64,000 nucleotides of DNA from Syntrophomonadaceae bacterium (lineage in GTDB: Bacteria; Bacillota; Dethiobacteria; SKNC01), in contig PWHX01000012.1 in NCBI GenBank assembly GCA_003555415.1, forward strand, positions 13,053 through 77,052, given 5' to 3'. A program made the translations under genes and the position numbers. The stretch's first letter is position 1, and every line of letters begins with the position of its first letter. The notes beneath the pieces are model-generated. The model worked only from the letters and a program-made list of their open reading frames with translations. It was not told where the DNA came from and did not search any database. Shown in pieces: positions 22,052 to 33,115 of this stretch.

Positions 22052-23074
22052 TTGACTACCCTTGTAGCTTCAATAATAATTTTTGGGTTATTAATATTTT
22101 TTCATGAGTTCGGGCATTTTATCGTGGCTAAAAAGGTAGGTATCGGTGTTTTGGAGTTTGCCATTGGCTTTGGCCCAAAGATCTTTTCTTTTGAAAAGGA
22201 TGGCACCAAATATTCTTTACGAGCTTTGCCCCTGGGGGGGTTTTGCCGTTTAAAGGGGGAAGATCCTGAAGAAGTAAATGAAGAAGATAGTTTTCAGGGA
22301 AAATCCTTAAGGGACAGGTTTGCGGTTATTGTTGCCGGACCTATAATGAATTTTGTCCTAGCTATTCTACTATTTTTTCTAATATATTTCTTTATATTTG
22401 GAGTTCCTATAGGTGAGTCCACCCGGATTGGAGAAGTCCTTCCTGAGGGTGAGGCATCTAAAGTTGGCATGCAAACAGGGGATGAGATAACTGCCATTAA
22501 TGAAAAAGAAGTAGGTAAATGGGATGAAGTTGTTGGTATCATTAACGATAATCCTGAAAAGGAAATAGCTATAAGTTTCCAGAGAAATGATAAGAATATG
22601 GAGGTTACAGTAGTTCCCCAGCCAGATCCTCAGACTGATAAGGGCCTTATAGGGATAGCTCCTGAGACCAGGAAATATGCTCTTTTTAGTTCTATCGGTA
22701 TGGGAATAAGTAACACCTGGTGGTTTACTCAGTTTATAGTAGTAAGTATTGGTGAAATAATAACCGGTCAAATAGAAGCAGATGTCGCCGGGCCTATAGG
22801 TATTGTTCAGATGGTGGGGGAAGTAGCTGAAACAGGGGTTTCTAACCTGATGACTTTGGCAGCGATTCTCAGTATCCACCTGGGGTTGTTAAACCTTTTA
22901 CCAATTCCTGCTTTAGACGGGAGCAGGTTAATGTTTTTCCTATTGGAAGGAATAAGGGGAAAACCGGTAGATCCAAACAAAGAAAGTTTTATTCATTTCA
23001 TAGGTTTTACCCTTCTAATATTATTGATGGTATTTATTGCTTTTAGTGACCTGGCAAGACTGGATATTTTCTGA
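22052..23074 (+). CDS. rseP: Intramembrane metalloprotease RseP/RasP (M50, PDZ)
   Basis: HEFGH, GFGP, NLLPIPALDG. Confidence 0.96.
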   Translation: MTTLVASIIIFGLLIFFHEFGHFIVAKKVGIGVLEFAIGFGPKIFSFEKDGTKYSLRALPLGGFCRLKGEDPEEVNEEDSFQGKSLRDRFAVIVAGPIMNFVLAILLFFLIYFFIFGVPIGESTRIGEVLPEGEASKVGMQTGDEITAINEKEVGKWDEVVGIINDNPEKEIAISFQRNDKNMEVTVVPQPDPQTDKGLIGIAPETRKYALFSSIGMGISNTWWFTQFIVVSIGEIITGQIEADVAGPIGIVQMVGEVAETGVSNLMTLAAILSIHLGLLNLLPIPALDGSRLMFFLLEGIRGKPVDPNKESFIHFIGFTLLILLMVFIAFSDLARLDIF

Positions 23075-23101
23075 CCACAGTAAAAAAAATGAGGGTGACG
23101 A

Positions 23102-24214
23102 ATGGTGGAAAGAAATAAAACATTACAGGTTAAGGCTGGAAACGTGCTTATAGGGGGAGGTTCCACAATAAGCATACAGTCTATGACTAATACAGATACA
23201 AGGGATGTTGAAGCTACAGTTAAACAGATTAAGCTGCTGGAAGAAGTAGGGTGTGAGCTGGTTAGAGTTGCTGTTCCCGATGAAGAGGCTGCAGGGGTTT
23301 TGGGAGCAATAAAAAAAAGAATAAATATTCCCCTTATAGCAGATATCCACTTTAATCACAGGTTGGCTTTAACAGCCCTGGAGGAAGGGGTAGACAAGGT
23401 AAGGGTAAATCCTGGAAATATAGGGAGCAGGGAAAGAGTTAAAGAAGTGGTTAATTCTGCCCGGGATAAAGGTGTTCCCATCAGGATAGGAGTTAATGCC
23501 GGCTCTGTTGAGAAGTCAATATTAGAAAAATATGGTGCGCCAACGGCTGAAGCCCTGGCAGAGTCAGCCATGGGCCATGTAAGGCTGTTGGAGGAATTAA
23601 ATTTCAAGGATATAGTTATTTCTTTAAAGGCTGCAGAAGTAGAGAAAATGATTAAGGCTTACCTGTTAATTTCTAAAAGGGTTGATTATCCCCTTCACCT
23701 TGGAGTTACAGAAGCCGGAACTTTTATGCGGGCTGCAGTTAAGTCTTCTGTTGGTATGGGGCACCTGTTACTAAATGGGATTGGTGATACTATAAGGGTA
23801 TCAATTACTGGGGATCCCCTGGAGGAGATAATGGTTGCAAGGGAAATACTCAGGTCTACAGGTTTGAGGCTAATAGGCCCAGAAATAATATCATGTCCTA
23901 CCTGTGGAAGATGTGAGATAGGCTTAATATCCCTGGCAGAAGAGGTGGAGAGAAGAGTCCGATTTATTAAGCATCCTATCAAACTGGCTATTATGGGTTG
24001 TGTGGTTAATGGCCCCGGCGAGGCCAGGGGGGCGGATATAGGTATTGCCGGTGGTAGAGGAGCTGGTGTTTTATTTAAGAAGGGAAAAGTTTTGAGAAAA
24101 GTACCAGAGGATAAGCTTGTAGAAGAGTTAATGGGAGAGGTGGATACTTATTTAAGTGAGCAGGGACATAATAACATAGTTAAAGCAGATAAGCTTGAAA
24201 CGGAGGGTAAATAA
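23102..24214 (+). CDS. ispG: HMBPP synthase
   Basis: [41 protein letters not shown]. Confidence 0.97.
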   Translation: MVERNKTLQVKAGNVLIGGGSTISIQSMTNTDTRDVEATVKQIKLLEEVGCELVRVAVPDEEAAGVLGAIKKRINIPLIADIHFNHRLALTALEEGVDKVRVNPGNIGSRERVKEVVNSARDKGVPIRIGVNAGSVEKSILEKYGAPTAEALAESAMGHVRLLEELNFKDIVISLKAAEVEKMIKAYLLISKRVDYPLHLGVTEAGTFMRAAVKSSVGMGHLLLNGIGDTIRVSITGDPLEEIMVAREILRSTGLRLIGPEIISCPTCGRCEIGLISLAEEVERRVRFIKHPIKLAIMGCVVNGPGEARGADIGIAGGRGAGVLFKKGKVLRKVPEDKLVEELMGEVDTYLSEQGHNNIVKADKLETEGK

Positions 24215-24218
24215 GTAT

Positions 24219-24860
24219 ATGAAGGCTATAGCCATTATTCCTGCCTTTAATGAAGAAAAGACCATAGGTGATATTATAGTAACTTTAAAAGATGTACCTC
24301 TGGTAAAAGATATAATTGTAGTAAGCGATGGTTCAACCGATGGAACAGTAGAGGTGGCCGAAGCCCTGGGGTCTAAAGTTATAGAGCTTTCAGAGAACAG
24401 GGGTAAGGGTGGAGCTATGAAGGCTGGCCTGGACTGCACAGCTGCGGAAATAATATTATTTCTAGATGCTGACCTGATAGGTTTGACCAAAAAGCATGTT
24501 TGTGATCTGCTAGAACCTGTTATCAGCCAGGAAGCTGAAATGACCATAGGTGTTTTCGAGAAGGGCAGAGTAGCTACTGATCTTGCTCAGAGAGTAGCAC
24601 CTTATTTGTCCGGACAGAGGGCAGTTAAGCGTTCTGTTTTAGAGAACATATCAGATATAGATATGGCCAGGTTTGGAGTTGAAGTAGCTTTAACCAGGTA
24701 TCTTGAATCAAGTAATGTTAAGGTAAAGCAGGTTCTTTTGGATGATATGTCTCATGTTATGAAGGAAGAAAAGCTTGGAGTGGTTAGAGGGTTTGCAGCT
24801 AGAATCAAAATGTACTGGGAAATTGTAAAATACCTGGTAAGTAAGGAAAGCGTTAGATAG
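24219..24860 (+). CDS. Family 2 glycosyltransferase
   Basis: IPAFNEE, DGSTD, GKGGAM, FLDAD, LSGQRA; ATG 24219 after GGAGGG. Confidence 0.88.
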   Translation: MKAIAIIPAFNEEKTIGDIIVTLKDVPLVKDIIVVSDGSTDGTVEVAEALGSKVIELSENRGKGGAMKAGLDCTAAEIILFLDADLIGLTKKHVCDLLEPVISQEAEMTIGVFEKGRVATDLAQRVAPYLSGQRAVKRSVLENISDIDMARFGVEVALTRYLESSNVKVKQVLLDDMSHVMKEEKLGVVRGFAARIKMYWEIVKYLVSKESVR

Positions 24861-24881
24861 CGGAGTTATTCCAGGTTTATC

Positions 24882-24910
24882 TTGCACAAACATCCTGTTT
24901 ATGGTACAAT
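24882..24910 (+). promoter_or_regulatory. SigA promoter of rimP-nusA-infB operon
   Basis: TTGCAC-17 nt-TACAAT with TG extended -10. Confidence 0.7.
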
Positions 24911-24939
24911 ATATAAAGAAATTTATCCGGGGTCTTTAA

Positions 24940-24963
24940 GAAGAGTGGGGTTTCCCACTCTTT
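24940..24963 (+). promoter_or_regulatory. rimP leader hairpin/attenuator
   Basis: GAAGAGTGGG-GTTT-CCCACTCTTT, the conserved short terminator-like leader found before rimP. Confidence 0.75.
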
Positions 24964-25007
24964 CGTATTAATTTAAGTATATTTATCCTGACAGGAGGAT
25001 TCTGGTA

Positions 25008-25472
25008 TTGGGCAAAAAAGAAATTCAGCAAACTGTTGAAAAAATAGTTGAGCCTGTTTTAGTAGAAAATGATTACGAACTTGTAGATATAGAGTTTATC
25101 AAAGAGGGTAAGAATTGGTTCCTAAGGGTATATATTGATAAATCAGATGGAATTACCCTTGATGATTGTCAGTTTGTTAACCGGGAATTAAGTGAAACAT
25201 TAGACCAGGAAGATCCTATACCGCAAAGCTATTACTTAGAAGTTTCATCTCCTGGTTTAGAACGTCCCTTAAAGAAAGAAAGTGATTTTGAAAGGTTTAA
25301 AGGCAGTAAGATTAAGGTAAAAACATACATCTTAATTAATAAACAGAAAAAATTCACAGGAATATTACAGGATTGTAAAGATGGATTAGTTCAGCTGCAG
25401 TTGGATACAGGGGATAATGTTTCTATTCCTTTTGATAAAATAGCTAAAGCAAATTTATTTTTTGATTTTTAA
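25008..25472 (+). CDS. rimP: Ribosome maturation factor RimP
   Basis: LRVYID, YYLEVSSPGLERPL. Confidence 0.97.
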   Translation: MGKKEIQQTVEKIVEPVLVENDYELVDIEFIKEGKNWFLRVYIDKSDGITLDDCQFVNRELSETLDQEDPIPQSYYLEVSSPGLERPLKKESDFERFKGSKIKVKTYILINKQKKFTGILQDCKDGLVQLQLDTGDNVSIPFDKIAKANLFFDF

Positions 25473-25498
25473 AAAGTGCCCTTTTAGGAGGTTTGAGG

Positions 25499-26692
25499 AT
25501 GAATTATGAATTTATTGAAGCGTTGGAGCAGATAGCTAAAGAAAAGGGTATAAGTAAGGAAATACTTTTTGAAGCTATTGAAGCTGCTCTCATTTCTGCT
25601 TACAAGAAAAATTTTAACACGGCACCTAATGTTAAAGTTCACATAGATAGAGATTCCGGTCAAATAAAAGTATTTTCTTGTATGGAAGTGGTAGAAGAAG
25701 TTCAAGACTTACAGCAGGAAATTACTCTGGAAGAAGCCCGAAAACATAGTTCTATATATCAACTGGGTGATATTGTGGATATAGAAGTTACTCCAAAGAA
25801 TTTCGGTAGAATTGCTGCCCAAACAGCTAAACAGGTAGTAATTCAAAGAATAAGAGAAGCTGAGAGAGAAATTATTTTTGAAGAATATGTTGACCGGGAA
25901 GACGATATAATAACAGGCATTGTTCAGCGTACCGACCAGAAAAACATAATTATTGATCTGGGCAGGACAGAGGCTATATTAGCTCCTACAGAACAAATGC
26001 CCACCGAAGCATATACCCAGGGAGACCGTATTAAGACATATGTGGTAGAGGTAAAGAAAACGACAAAAGGACCTCAAATTATGGTTTCCAGGACACACCC
26101 GGGATTATTAAAACGTTTGTTTGAACTGGAGGTACCGGAAATATTTGATGGCACAGTAGAAATAAGGGCAGTTTCCCGGGAGGCAGGCCATCGGTCTAAA
26201 CTTTCTGTATATTCCAGCAATGAAGAGGTAGACCCGGTAGGCTCCTGCGTAGGGCCTAAGGGGGCCAGGGTTCAAACTATTGTTAATGAGCTTAAAGGAG
26301 AAAAAATAGATATTATTAAATGGAGTGAAGACCCCAAAGAGTATGTATCCAATTCGTTAAGCCCGGCCAAAGTTATGTCTGTAGAAATAAAGGAAGATGA
26401 AAAGGTTGCCAATGTGGTTGTTCCTGATTATCAACTTTCACTGGCTATAGGTAAAGAAGGGCAAAATGCCAGGTTGGCTGCAAAATTAACTGGCTGGAAA
26501 ATAGACATAACTAGTGAGTCTCAGGCTAAGGTACTGTTAGATGTTAACGATGGAATTCGGGAGGATAATAATGTTCTAGAAGAGGAAGAAAAGCCTGTGG
26601 AAACATTTTACTCTGAAGAAGAAAATCATGATGATGAAAAAGAAGATCATAACGGGGCTCAAGAGTTTAACGAAGAAGAGATAGAAAGCTAA
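25499..26692 (+). CDS. nusA: Transcription factor NusA
   Basis: FGRIAAQTAKQV, LFELEVPEI, AIGKEGQNARLA; acidic tail; ATG 25499 after GGAGG. Confidence 0.98.
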   Translation: MNYEFIEALEQIAKEKGISKEILFEAIEAALISAYKKNFNTAPNVKVHIDRDSGQIKVFSCMEVVEEVQDLQQEITLEEARKHSSIYQLGDIVDIEVTPKNFGRIAAQTAKQVVIQRIREAEREIIFEEYVDREDDIITGIVQRTDQKNIIIDLGRTEAILAPTEQMPTEAYTQGDRIKTYVVEVKKTTKGPQIMVSRTHPGLLKRLFELEVPEIFDGTVEIRAVSREAGHRSKLSVYSSNEEVDPVGSCVGPKGARVQTIVNELKGEKIDIIKWSEDPKEYVSNSLSPAKVMSVEIKEDEKVANVVVPDYQLSLAIGKEGQNARLAAKLTGWKIDITSESQAKVLLDVNDGIREDNNVLEEEEKPVETFYSEEENHDDEKEDHNGAQEFNEEEIES

Positions 26693-26727
26693 ATTTAACT
26701 TTTTAACTTAAAGAGGAGGAAGGTGAA

Positions 26728-27006
26728 ATGGCCAGAAAAAGAAAAGTTCCTCTAAGAGTTTGTATAGGATGTCAGAAGAAAATACCAAAAAAAAACCTGA
26801 TAAGAGTTGTAAGAACGCCTGAAGATACAGTTGAAGTTGATTTTAAAGGGAAACGTTCTGGCCGTGGAACATATGTTTGTCCCAGTATAGATTGTTTACG
26901 TCAGGCGGTAAAAGGTAAAAGAATAGAAAAAAATCTTCAGCGTTCGGTGTCACCAGAGATAATAAATGAACTGGAAAAAGCACTGGAAGAAGGACAAGAA
27001 GAATAG
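26728..27006 (+). CDS. ylxR: YlxR/RnpM family RNA-binding protein (DUF448)
   Basis: PLRVCIGC, LIRVVR, GRGTYVC. Confidence 0.93.
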   Translation: MARKRKVPLRVCIGCQKKIPKKNLIRVVRTPEDTVEVDFKGKRSGRGTYVCPSIDCLRQAVKGKRIEKNLQRSVSPEIINELEKALEEGQEE

Positions 27007-27028
27007 TTTTTTCTTGGAGGAGATTTAT

Positions 27029-27070
27029 ATGGCCAATTCTTATAAGGAGGTCAAAATAATGGAGGTGTAG
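27029..27070 (+). other. SD-led 13-codon mini-ORF (MANSYKEVKIMEV) in frame with infB
   Basis: GGAGGA at 27016-27021, ATG 27029, TAG 27068-27070, then TAA and infB ATG. Confidence 0.4.
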
Positions 27071-27073
27071 TAA

Positions 27074-29122
27074 ATGGAAAAAATCAGGGTGTACCAGTTA
27101 GCTAAAAGGTTAGGCCTCCCCAGTCGGGATCTAATCTCAGTTTTAAAAGACTTAGATATAACTGTTAAAAATCATATGAGTAGTATAGATGATGAAACTG
27201 CAAAGACGGTTACAGAGATATTAACCGGTAAGAAGGAAGACAAAAAAGTAGATAAGACAGAGGATAAGAAGGAAGGTAGCAGTGGTAATATGGCTGAAAT
27301 ATCAGCAGAAACTAAAGAAAAGCATTCGGCAAAGGAAAAACCAGCTAAGAAGAAGCAAGCAGGACAGAAAGAGTTAATAGTAGAGGGTCCCCAAATAGTT
27401 AAAGACTTAGCTGAAGAAATGAATATTTCTCCAAACGCACTTATTTCTAAGCTGATATCTATGGGCATCATGGCTAATATAAATCAAGAGATTGATCTGG
27501 ATACCATACAAGTTCTTGCAGATGAATTGGGATTTAATGTGGAAATAAAAACTCCGGAACCTAAAGAAGAAGATATAGTTATTTTTGAAGAAAAAATAGA
27601 AGTGAAAAGTGAGAACCTCAGGCCAAGGCCCCCTGTAGTTACGGTTTTGGGACATGTCGATCACGGAAAAACTTCTTTACTGGATGCCGTAAGGAAAACC
27701 AAGGTCATGGATCAGGAAGCCGGTGGAATTACACAGCATATAGGAGCTTACCAGGCATTAATAAACAACGAAAAAATTGTTTTCCTGGACACACCAGGTC
27801 ACGAGGCATTTACTTCTATGAGAGCAAGAGGCGCCCAAGTAACAGATATTGCTATTCTGGTAGTAGCTGCTGATGATGGTATTATGCCCCAAACGGTAGA
27901 AGCTATAAATCACGTTAAGGCTGCTGGTGTTCCTATTATTGTAGCTGTTAATAAACTTGATAAGCCTGATGCTAATCCAGATAAGGTTAAACAGCAACTA
28001 ACTGAATATGGTCTGGTTCCCGAGGAATGGGGGGGAGACACAATTTGTGTTCCCGTTTCAGCTAAAAAGCATGAGGGAATAGAAGCTTTACTGGAAATGG
28101 TTCTTTTGGTATCTGAAATGGCGGAGTTAAATGCCGATCCCTCTATTCCCGCCAGGGGAACGGTTGTAGAAGCTAAGCTGGATAAGGGTAGAGGTCCTGT
28201 AGCCACTGTGTTGATCCAAAACGGTACACTTAAAGCAGGGGACTCCTTGGTGTGTGGTCACATATATGGAAAAGTAAGAGCCATGATTAACGATAAAGGA
28301 CAGCAGGTAAAATCAGCTACTCCTTCTATGCCGGTAGAGGTTCTAGGTTTCTCGGAAATTCCCGAAGCGGGAGATATATTCCAGATCGTTACTAATGATA
28401 AGAAGGCCCGTCAGATAGCTGAAAAAAGGGCTGAAAAAAAGAGGGAGGCAGAACTTCATAAAACCAGGAAAGTATCCCTTGATGATTTGTATAAACACAT
28501 TAAAGAAGGCGAAGTCAAAGAGCTTAATTTAATTATTAAAGGTGATGTTCAGGGATCGGTAGAAGCTTTAAAGGACTCGCTGCTTAAAATAGAAGATGAA
28601 GAGGTGGGGCTACAGGTAATTCACAGTGGTGTTGGTGCTATAACTGAATCGGATGTCATGTTAGCTACTGCTTCAAATGCAATAATAATAGGGTTTAATA
28701 TAAGGCCTGAACCTAATGCCCGCAAGATGGCTGAATCAGAAAATGTACAGATTAAAATGTATCGTGTGATTTATGAAGTTATAGATGAAATCAAGGCAGC
28801 AATGACCGGGCTTCTTGATCCAAAATATGAAGAGGTTGTCCTGGGAAGGGCTGAGGTTCGTCAAACCTTTAAAGTTTCTAGACTTGGCATTATTGCCGGT
28901 TGTTATATAACCGATGGAAAAATTACCCGGGATTCCGGTGTAAGGGTTATTCGGGATGGTACTGTTGTTCATGAAGGTACTATTAGTTCCCTGAAACGTT
29001 TTAAAGAAGATGTACGGGAAGTTGTGCAAGGATATGAATGTGGCCTGATGCTAGAGAAGTTTAACGATATAAAAGAGGAAGATATTTTAGAAACTTTTGT
29101 AATGAGAGAAGTAAAGAGTTAA
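27074..29122 (+). CDS. infB: Translation initiation factor IF-2
   Basis: [26 protein letters not shown]. Confidence 0.99.
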   Translation: MEKIRVYQLAKRLGLPSRDLISVLKDLDITVKNHMSSIDDETAKTVTEILTGKKEDKKVDKTEDKKEGSSGNMAEISAETKEKHSAKEKPAKKKQAGQKELIVEGPQIVKDLAEEMNISPNALISKLISMGIMANINQEIDLDTIQVLADELGFNVEIKTPEPKEEDIVIFEEKIEVKSENLRPRPPVVTVLGHVDHGKTSLLDAVRKTKVMDQEAGGITQHIGAYQALINNEKIVFLDTPGHEAFTSMRARGAQVTDIAILVVAADDGIMPQTVEAINHVKAAGVPIIVAVNKLDKPDANPDKVKQQLTEYGLVPEEWGGDTICVPVSAKKHEGIEALLEMVLLVSEMAELNADPSIPARGTVVEAKLDKGRGPVATVLIQNGTLKAGDSLVCGHIYGKVRAMINDKGQQVKSATPSMPVEVLGFSEIPEAGDIFQIVTNDKKARQIAEKRAEKKREAELHKTRKVSLDDLYKHIKEGEVKELNLIIKGDVQGSVEALKDSLLKIEDEEVGLQVIHSGVGAITESDVMLATASNAIIIGFNIRPEPNARKMAESENVQIKMYRVIYEVIDEIKAAMTGLLDPKYEEVVLGRAEVRQTFKVSRLGIIAGCYITDGKITRDSGVRVIRDGTVVHEGTISSLKRFKEDVREVVQGYECGLMLEKFNDIKEEDILETFVMREVKS

Positions 29123-29137
29123 CTTCCGGAGGGAATA

Positions 29138-29419
29138 ATGATTATTGGGGTTTGCAGGGTAGAGATGTTTCTTTCCAGTCCTAATACTTTAAAAGAAAAG
29201 CGAAGTGTGTTAAAAGGTATGCTTACTAAGTTTAGAAATAAATATAATGTTTCTGTGGCGGAAATAGAAAATCAGGATAAGTGGCAAAGGACTACCATTG
29301 CTGTAGTTTGCGTAGGTAATGATTCGCAATTTATTAACAAGGTAACGGGACAAATTATTAATGAATTTGAAAATTTTAAAGATGGGCATATAATAAGTTA
29401 TGATATAGAATTAATATAA
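29138..29419 (+). CDS. ylxP: DUF503 (YlxP) family protein
   Basis: [20 protein letters not shown]; between infB and rbfA. Confidence 0.9.
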   Translation: MIIGVCRVEMFLSSPNTLKEKRSVLKGMLTKFRNKYNVSVAEIENQDKWQRTTIAVVCVGNDSQFINKVTGQIINEFENFKDGHIISYDIELI

Positions 29420-29432
29420 ATATTTTGGGGGT

Positions 29433-29816
29433 ATGGAGATGGCAGCACAAAAGCCAAGAGCCCATAGAGTCGGCGAAGAGATTAAAAAAGAAGTAAGCCA
29501 GATCTTGCAAAACGAAATAAAGGACCCCAGGCTTACCGGTTTTTTAAGTGTGACACAGGTTGAGGTAACAAATGATCTGGGTTATGCTCGTATTTTCGTA
29601 AGTATTTATGGGACAGAAGAGGAAAAACAATTAACTCTAAAAGCATTAGAAAGTGCTCTGGGATTTATACGTTCTGAAACAGGTAAAAGGATTCGGTTAA
29701 GGCATGTTCCTGAAATAAGCTTTCAGTTGGATGAATCTATTGAATATGGAGCTCATATTTCAGAAATACTAAAAGACTTAAAAGAAAAAGAAGGCAAGGG
29801 AGAAGACAGTGACTGA
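29433..29816 (+). CDS. rbfA: Ribosome-binding factor A
   Basis: [20 protein letters not shown]. Confidence 0.97.
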   Translation: MEMAAQKPRAHRVGEEIKKEVSQILQNEIKDPRLTGFLSVTQVEVTNDLGYARIFVSIYGTEEEKQLTLKALESALGFIRSETGKRIRLRHVPEISFQLDESIEYGAHISEILKDLKEKEGKGEDSD

Positions 29817-30792
29817 AAAAGATTTAATGAAAGCTGCAGATCTGCTTCAAAAAGATAATAATATTCTTATTGCCTCTCATCTTAATCCCGACGGTGATAG
29901 TGTAGGCTCTGCATTGGCTCTGACCCTGGCTTTAAAAGGTTTAGATAAAAAAGTTTCTTTGACAACTATAGAGCCGGTGCCATCTAAATATCTTTTTCTT
30001 CCTCAGACAGAATTGGTTAAAGAATGGAAGGAAGTAGAAGGGGATCATTTTAACTTATTTGTGGTTCTAGACTGTAGTGATTTAAAACGGCTTGAACCTC
30101 TCAGCGATTATTTATCCAAAAAAGATCAGCTGTTAAATATTGACCATCATGTAACTAATCAGTATTTTGGTTTTTATAATTATGTGAATCCTCAGGCAAG
30201 CTCTGTAGGGGAAATTATATTTGAGCTCTTGAAACTGATGAAAATAGAAATAAACTACGAGATAGCCTTGTGCCTTTATGTAGCTATTTCCACGGACACC
30301 GGTTCCTTTAAGTTCTCTAATACTACTCCAAGAACTCACCGTATAGTAGCGGAATTAATAGAATTAGGGGTTGACCCTGCTGAAGTTAACCGAAATGTTT
30401 ATGAGAATGTATCTAAAGGTGGAGTTATGTTAATACGAGAAGCTCTGAAAACCTTGGAGTTTGACTGCCAGGATAAGATTGCTTACCTGACCATTACTAG
30501 AAAAATTATGGAAAAGGCAGGAGCCAGGGAGGAAGATACCGAGGGTATAATAAATTATGCCAGGAACATTAGGGGAGTTGAGGTAGGTATTCTTTTCAGA
30601 GAAATTAGTAAGGGGAAAACAAGGGTTGCCTTCCGCTCCCACGATGTAGATGTTAGTAAGTTGGCTGCTATATATGAAGGGGGAGGTCATCCCCGGGCTG
30701 CAGGCTGTCAGGTAGATAAAGATTTGGCTACAGTTAGAAGGGTAGTTCTAAAGCAGGCCAGACTTTTCATTAATGATTTGAAAAATAAGTAA
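29809..30792 (+). CDS. nrnA: DHH/DHHA1 oligoribonuclease / pAp phosphatase (NrnA-like)
   Basis: [26 protein letters not shown]. Confidence 0.88.
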   Translation: MTEKDLMKAADLLQKDNNILIASHLNPDGDSVGSALALTLALKGLDKKVSLTTIEPVPSKYLFLPQTELVKEWKEVEGDHFNLFVVLDCSDLKRLEPLSDYLSKKDQLLNIDHHVTNQYFGFYNYVNPQASSVGEIIFELLKLMKIEINYEIALCLYVAISTDTGSFKFSNTTPRTHRIVAELIELGVDPAEVNRNVYENVSKGGVMLIREALKTLEFDCQDKIAYLTITRKIMEKAGAREEDTEGIINYARNIRGVEVGILFREISKGKTRVAFRSHDVDVSKLAAIYEGGGHPRAAGCQVDKDLATVRRVVLKQARLFINDLKNK

Positions 30793-30804
30793 ACTGGTGA
30801 TATT

Positions 30805-31707
30805 ATGAACGGATTTTTAAACTTTTTAAAACCAACGGGAATGACTTCACATCAAGGTGTTGCTTACTTTCGAAAAATTTTGGGGGTTAAAAAAGTTGGT
30901 CATGGAGGCACTTTAGACCCTGGTGCAGCCGGGGTTTTACCTATTTGTCTTGGAAAAGGCACTAAGGCTGCAGGGTACTTACTGGAATCCCGCAAAGTGT
31001 ACCGGGCAGAGATGAACCTGGGTATAACTACAGATACACAGGATGCTTATGGAAAAGTATTAAAAGTCTCTTCATTTAAAGGTATAACACCCAAAATGGT
31101 AGAAGAAGTAATAAAAATATTTAAGGGAAAGATAATACAGATGCCTCCCATGTTTTCTGCTGTAAAGCATAAAGGTAAACCCTTATATAAACTGGCTCGA
31201 AAAGGTGAAGTCATTCATCGAAAATCTAGAGAGGCTTTTATTTATTCAATAGATATTATTGATATAGATATTCCCAAGATAATTTTTGATGTGGATTGTT
31301 CTAAGGGTACTTATGTAAGAACGTTAGTTTCTGATATGGGAGAAAAGCTGGGTGTTGGAGCTCATCTTTCTTTCCTTTTAAGGATCAAATCCGGCCCCTT
31401 TCACATTAATAATGCATTTACAAAGGAAGAAGTAAAAGACTTATTTCAAAGAAACCAGGTTAAAGAGTTTTTAATACCCCTGGATACAGCTTTTACTCAT
31501 TTACCGGAAGCAGTTATAAAAGATAATGCCCTCCGTACTTTTATTAACGGTAATTCCCAGCCTCTTTCCAGCTTGCAAAAGTATGAGATATCAGATAAGA
31601 TGGTAAGGGTTTACTCCTCTTCCGGCGAATTTCTGGCTCTAGGGAAATGGCAGGGCCTATACCCAAAAATTGAATTGAAACCGGAAAAACTTTTTTTAAA
31701 TAACTGA
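30805..31707 (+). CDS. truB: tRNA pseudouridine(55) synthase
   Basis: GHGGTLDP, PPMFSAVK, CSKGTYVR. Confidence 0.97.
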   Translation: MNGFLNFLKPTGMTSHQGVAYFRKILGVKKVGHGGTLDPGAAGVLPICLGKGTKAAGYLLESRKVYRAEMNLGITTDTQDAYGKVLKVSSFKGITPKMVEEVIKIFKGKIIQMPPMFSAVKHKGKPLYKLARKGEVIHRKSREAFIYSIDIIDIDIPKIIFDVDCSKGTYVRTLVSDMGEKLGVGAHLSFLLRIKSGPFHINNAFTKEEVKDLFQRNQVKEFLIPLDTAFTHLPEAVIKDNALRTFINGNSQPLSSLQKYEISDKMVRVYSSSGEFLALGKWQGLYPKIELKPEKLFLNN

Positions 31708-31720
31708 GGAGAGAGGTCAA

Positions 31721-32671
31721 ATGGAAGTACTATATGGGATAGATGAGTATATCAATGACCAACCCCTAATTCTGGCTCTGGGAAATTTTGATGGCCTTCA
31801 TTTGGGGCATCGACAAATTTTAAAAGCTGCTCAAAAAAAAGCAAAAGAACTAGATGCCAGAAGTGGAATATTAATTTTCAATCCTCATCCTCTTAACGTT
31901 ATTAATGGCCCACAAGAAACCCCCCTTTTAACACCTCTTCCCGCAAAACTTAAATTAATTGAAGAAATGGGAATAGACCTGGCTATAATCTTACCTTTTG
32001 ATCAAGAATTTGCAAGTATTTTTCCTGAAGACTTTGTAAGGAAATTTCTGATTAATAAATTAAAAATCAAAGGAGTAGTAATTGGTTTTGATTATTCCTT
32101 TGGTTATCGCGGCTTGGGTAAGGCTGATGATTTAAAGAATCTGGCAAAGCGTTTTGGTTTTCAAGTGGAGATTGTTAATCCGGTTTTAGTGGATAATAGA
32201 ATTGTTAGTAGTTCTCTTATCCGAAATTTAATAAAGTCTGGTGAAGTAAATGTAGCTTGCCGTTACCTGGGATATTATCCCTTTATAGAAGGTAAAGTAA
32301 TAGAAGGAGAAGGCAGAGGTAAATTTTTAGGTTATCCTACGGCTAATTTAAGCGTTGATAAGAACGTGGTTGTGCCGGGAAATGGTGTTTACCTTACTTT
32401 AACCTGTTTACGGGGTAACAACTATTACAGCTTAACAAATATAGGCTACAACCCTACTTTCAAAGGTAAATTTAGAAACATAGAAGTACATATGATGAAA
32501 TTTCAAGGAAATATTTATAACCATGAATTAAGATTAAAATTTGTGCAAAAAATAAGAGCTGAAAGAACATTTTCTAATTCTGAAGAATTAAAGGAACAAA
32601 TTGGTAAGGACTTTAAGGTTGCTAAAGAAATAATAAAAAGATGCTTTCTTTACAAGAATATACAGTTGTGA
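31721..32671 (+). CDS. ribF: Bifunctional riboflavin kinase/FAD synthetase
   Basis: GNFDGLHLGH, VSSSLIR, GYPTAN, IEVH. Confidence 0.97.
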   Translation: MEVLYGIDEYINDQPLILALGNFDGLHLGHRQILKAAQKKAKELDARSGILIFNPHPLNVINGPQETPLLTPLPAKLKLIEEMGIDLAIILPFDQEFASIFPEDFVRKFLINKLKIKGVVIGFDYSFGYRGLGKADDLKNLAKRFGFQVEIVNPVLVDNRIVSSSLIRNLIKSGEVNVACRYLGYYPFIEGKVIEGEGRGKFLGYPTANLSVDKNVVVPGNGVYLTLTCLRGNNYYSLTNIGYNPTFKGKFRNIEVHMMKFQGNIYNHELRLKFVQKIRAERTFSNSEELKEQIGKDFKVAKEIIKRCFLYKNIQL

Positions 32672-32677
32672 TAAAAT
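32649..32677 (+). promoter_or_regulatory. SigA promoter of rpsO
   Basis: TTTACA-17 nt-TAAAAT with TG extended -10. Confidence 0.6.
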
Positions 32678-32694
32678 TAATATTGCTTAAAAGG

Positions 32695-32750
32695 AACCAT
32701 ATGCTAGGAACTTCGATGCTCCGACGATTTATCTTGGCTTGTGGGGTTAA
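32695..32750 (+). ncRNA. rpsO (S15) autoregulatory leader, Firmicutes type
   Basis: AACCAT..GCTAGGAA..CG..CCGACG..TCTTGGC..GTGGGGTT nested pairing directly 5' of the rpsO SD. Confidence 0.6.
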
Positions 32751-32773
32751 TTTAACAAGGAGGTGAAACATTA

Positions 32774-33043
32774 ATGACTTCGACTACAGACCGGAAGCAG
32801 GATGTAATTAGTAAGTACCGTCTTCATGAAAGTGATACTGGCTCACCTGAAGTACAGATCGCTATTTTAACGGACAGGATTAATCATTTAAATGATCATT
32901 TAAAAATTCATAAAAAAGATCATCACTCCAGAAGGGGATTGTTAAAAATGGTTGGTCAGCGCAGGGGACTATTAAATTATCTGCGGGACCTTAATCCAGA
33001 TAGGTATTTAAACCTCATCAAGAGCTTAGGTTTAAGAAAATAA
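32774..33043 (+). CDS. rpsO: 30S ribosomal protein S15
   Basis: [26 protein letters not shown]. Confidence 0.99.
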   Translation: MTSTTDRKQDVISKYRLHESDTGSPEVQIAILTDRINHLNDHLKIHKKDHHSRRGLLKMVGQRRGLLNYLRDLNPDRYLNLIKSLGLRK

Positions 33044-33061
33044 AAAAAATATATAATAGTG

Positions 33062-33089
33062 AATAAAAGCGGGTTATCCCGCTTTTATT
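33062..33089 (+). terminator. Terminator after rpsO
   Basis: AATAAAAGCGGG-TTAT-CCCGCTTTTATT. Confidence 0.75.
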
Positions 33090-33115
33090 TGGATGTAAAA
33101 AGGAGGTATTATTGT

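Noticed and set aside
27068..27073. TAG in frame before infB as possible pyrrolysine/readthrough codon
   Set aside because: Immediately followed by TAA, and infB has its own SD and normal N-terminus
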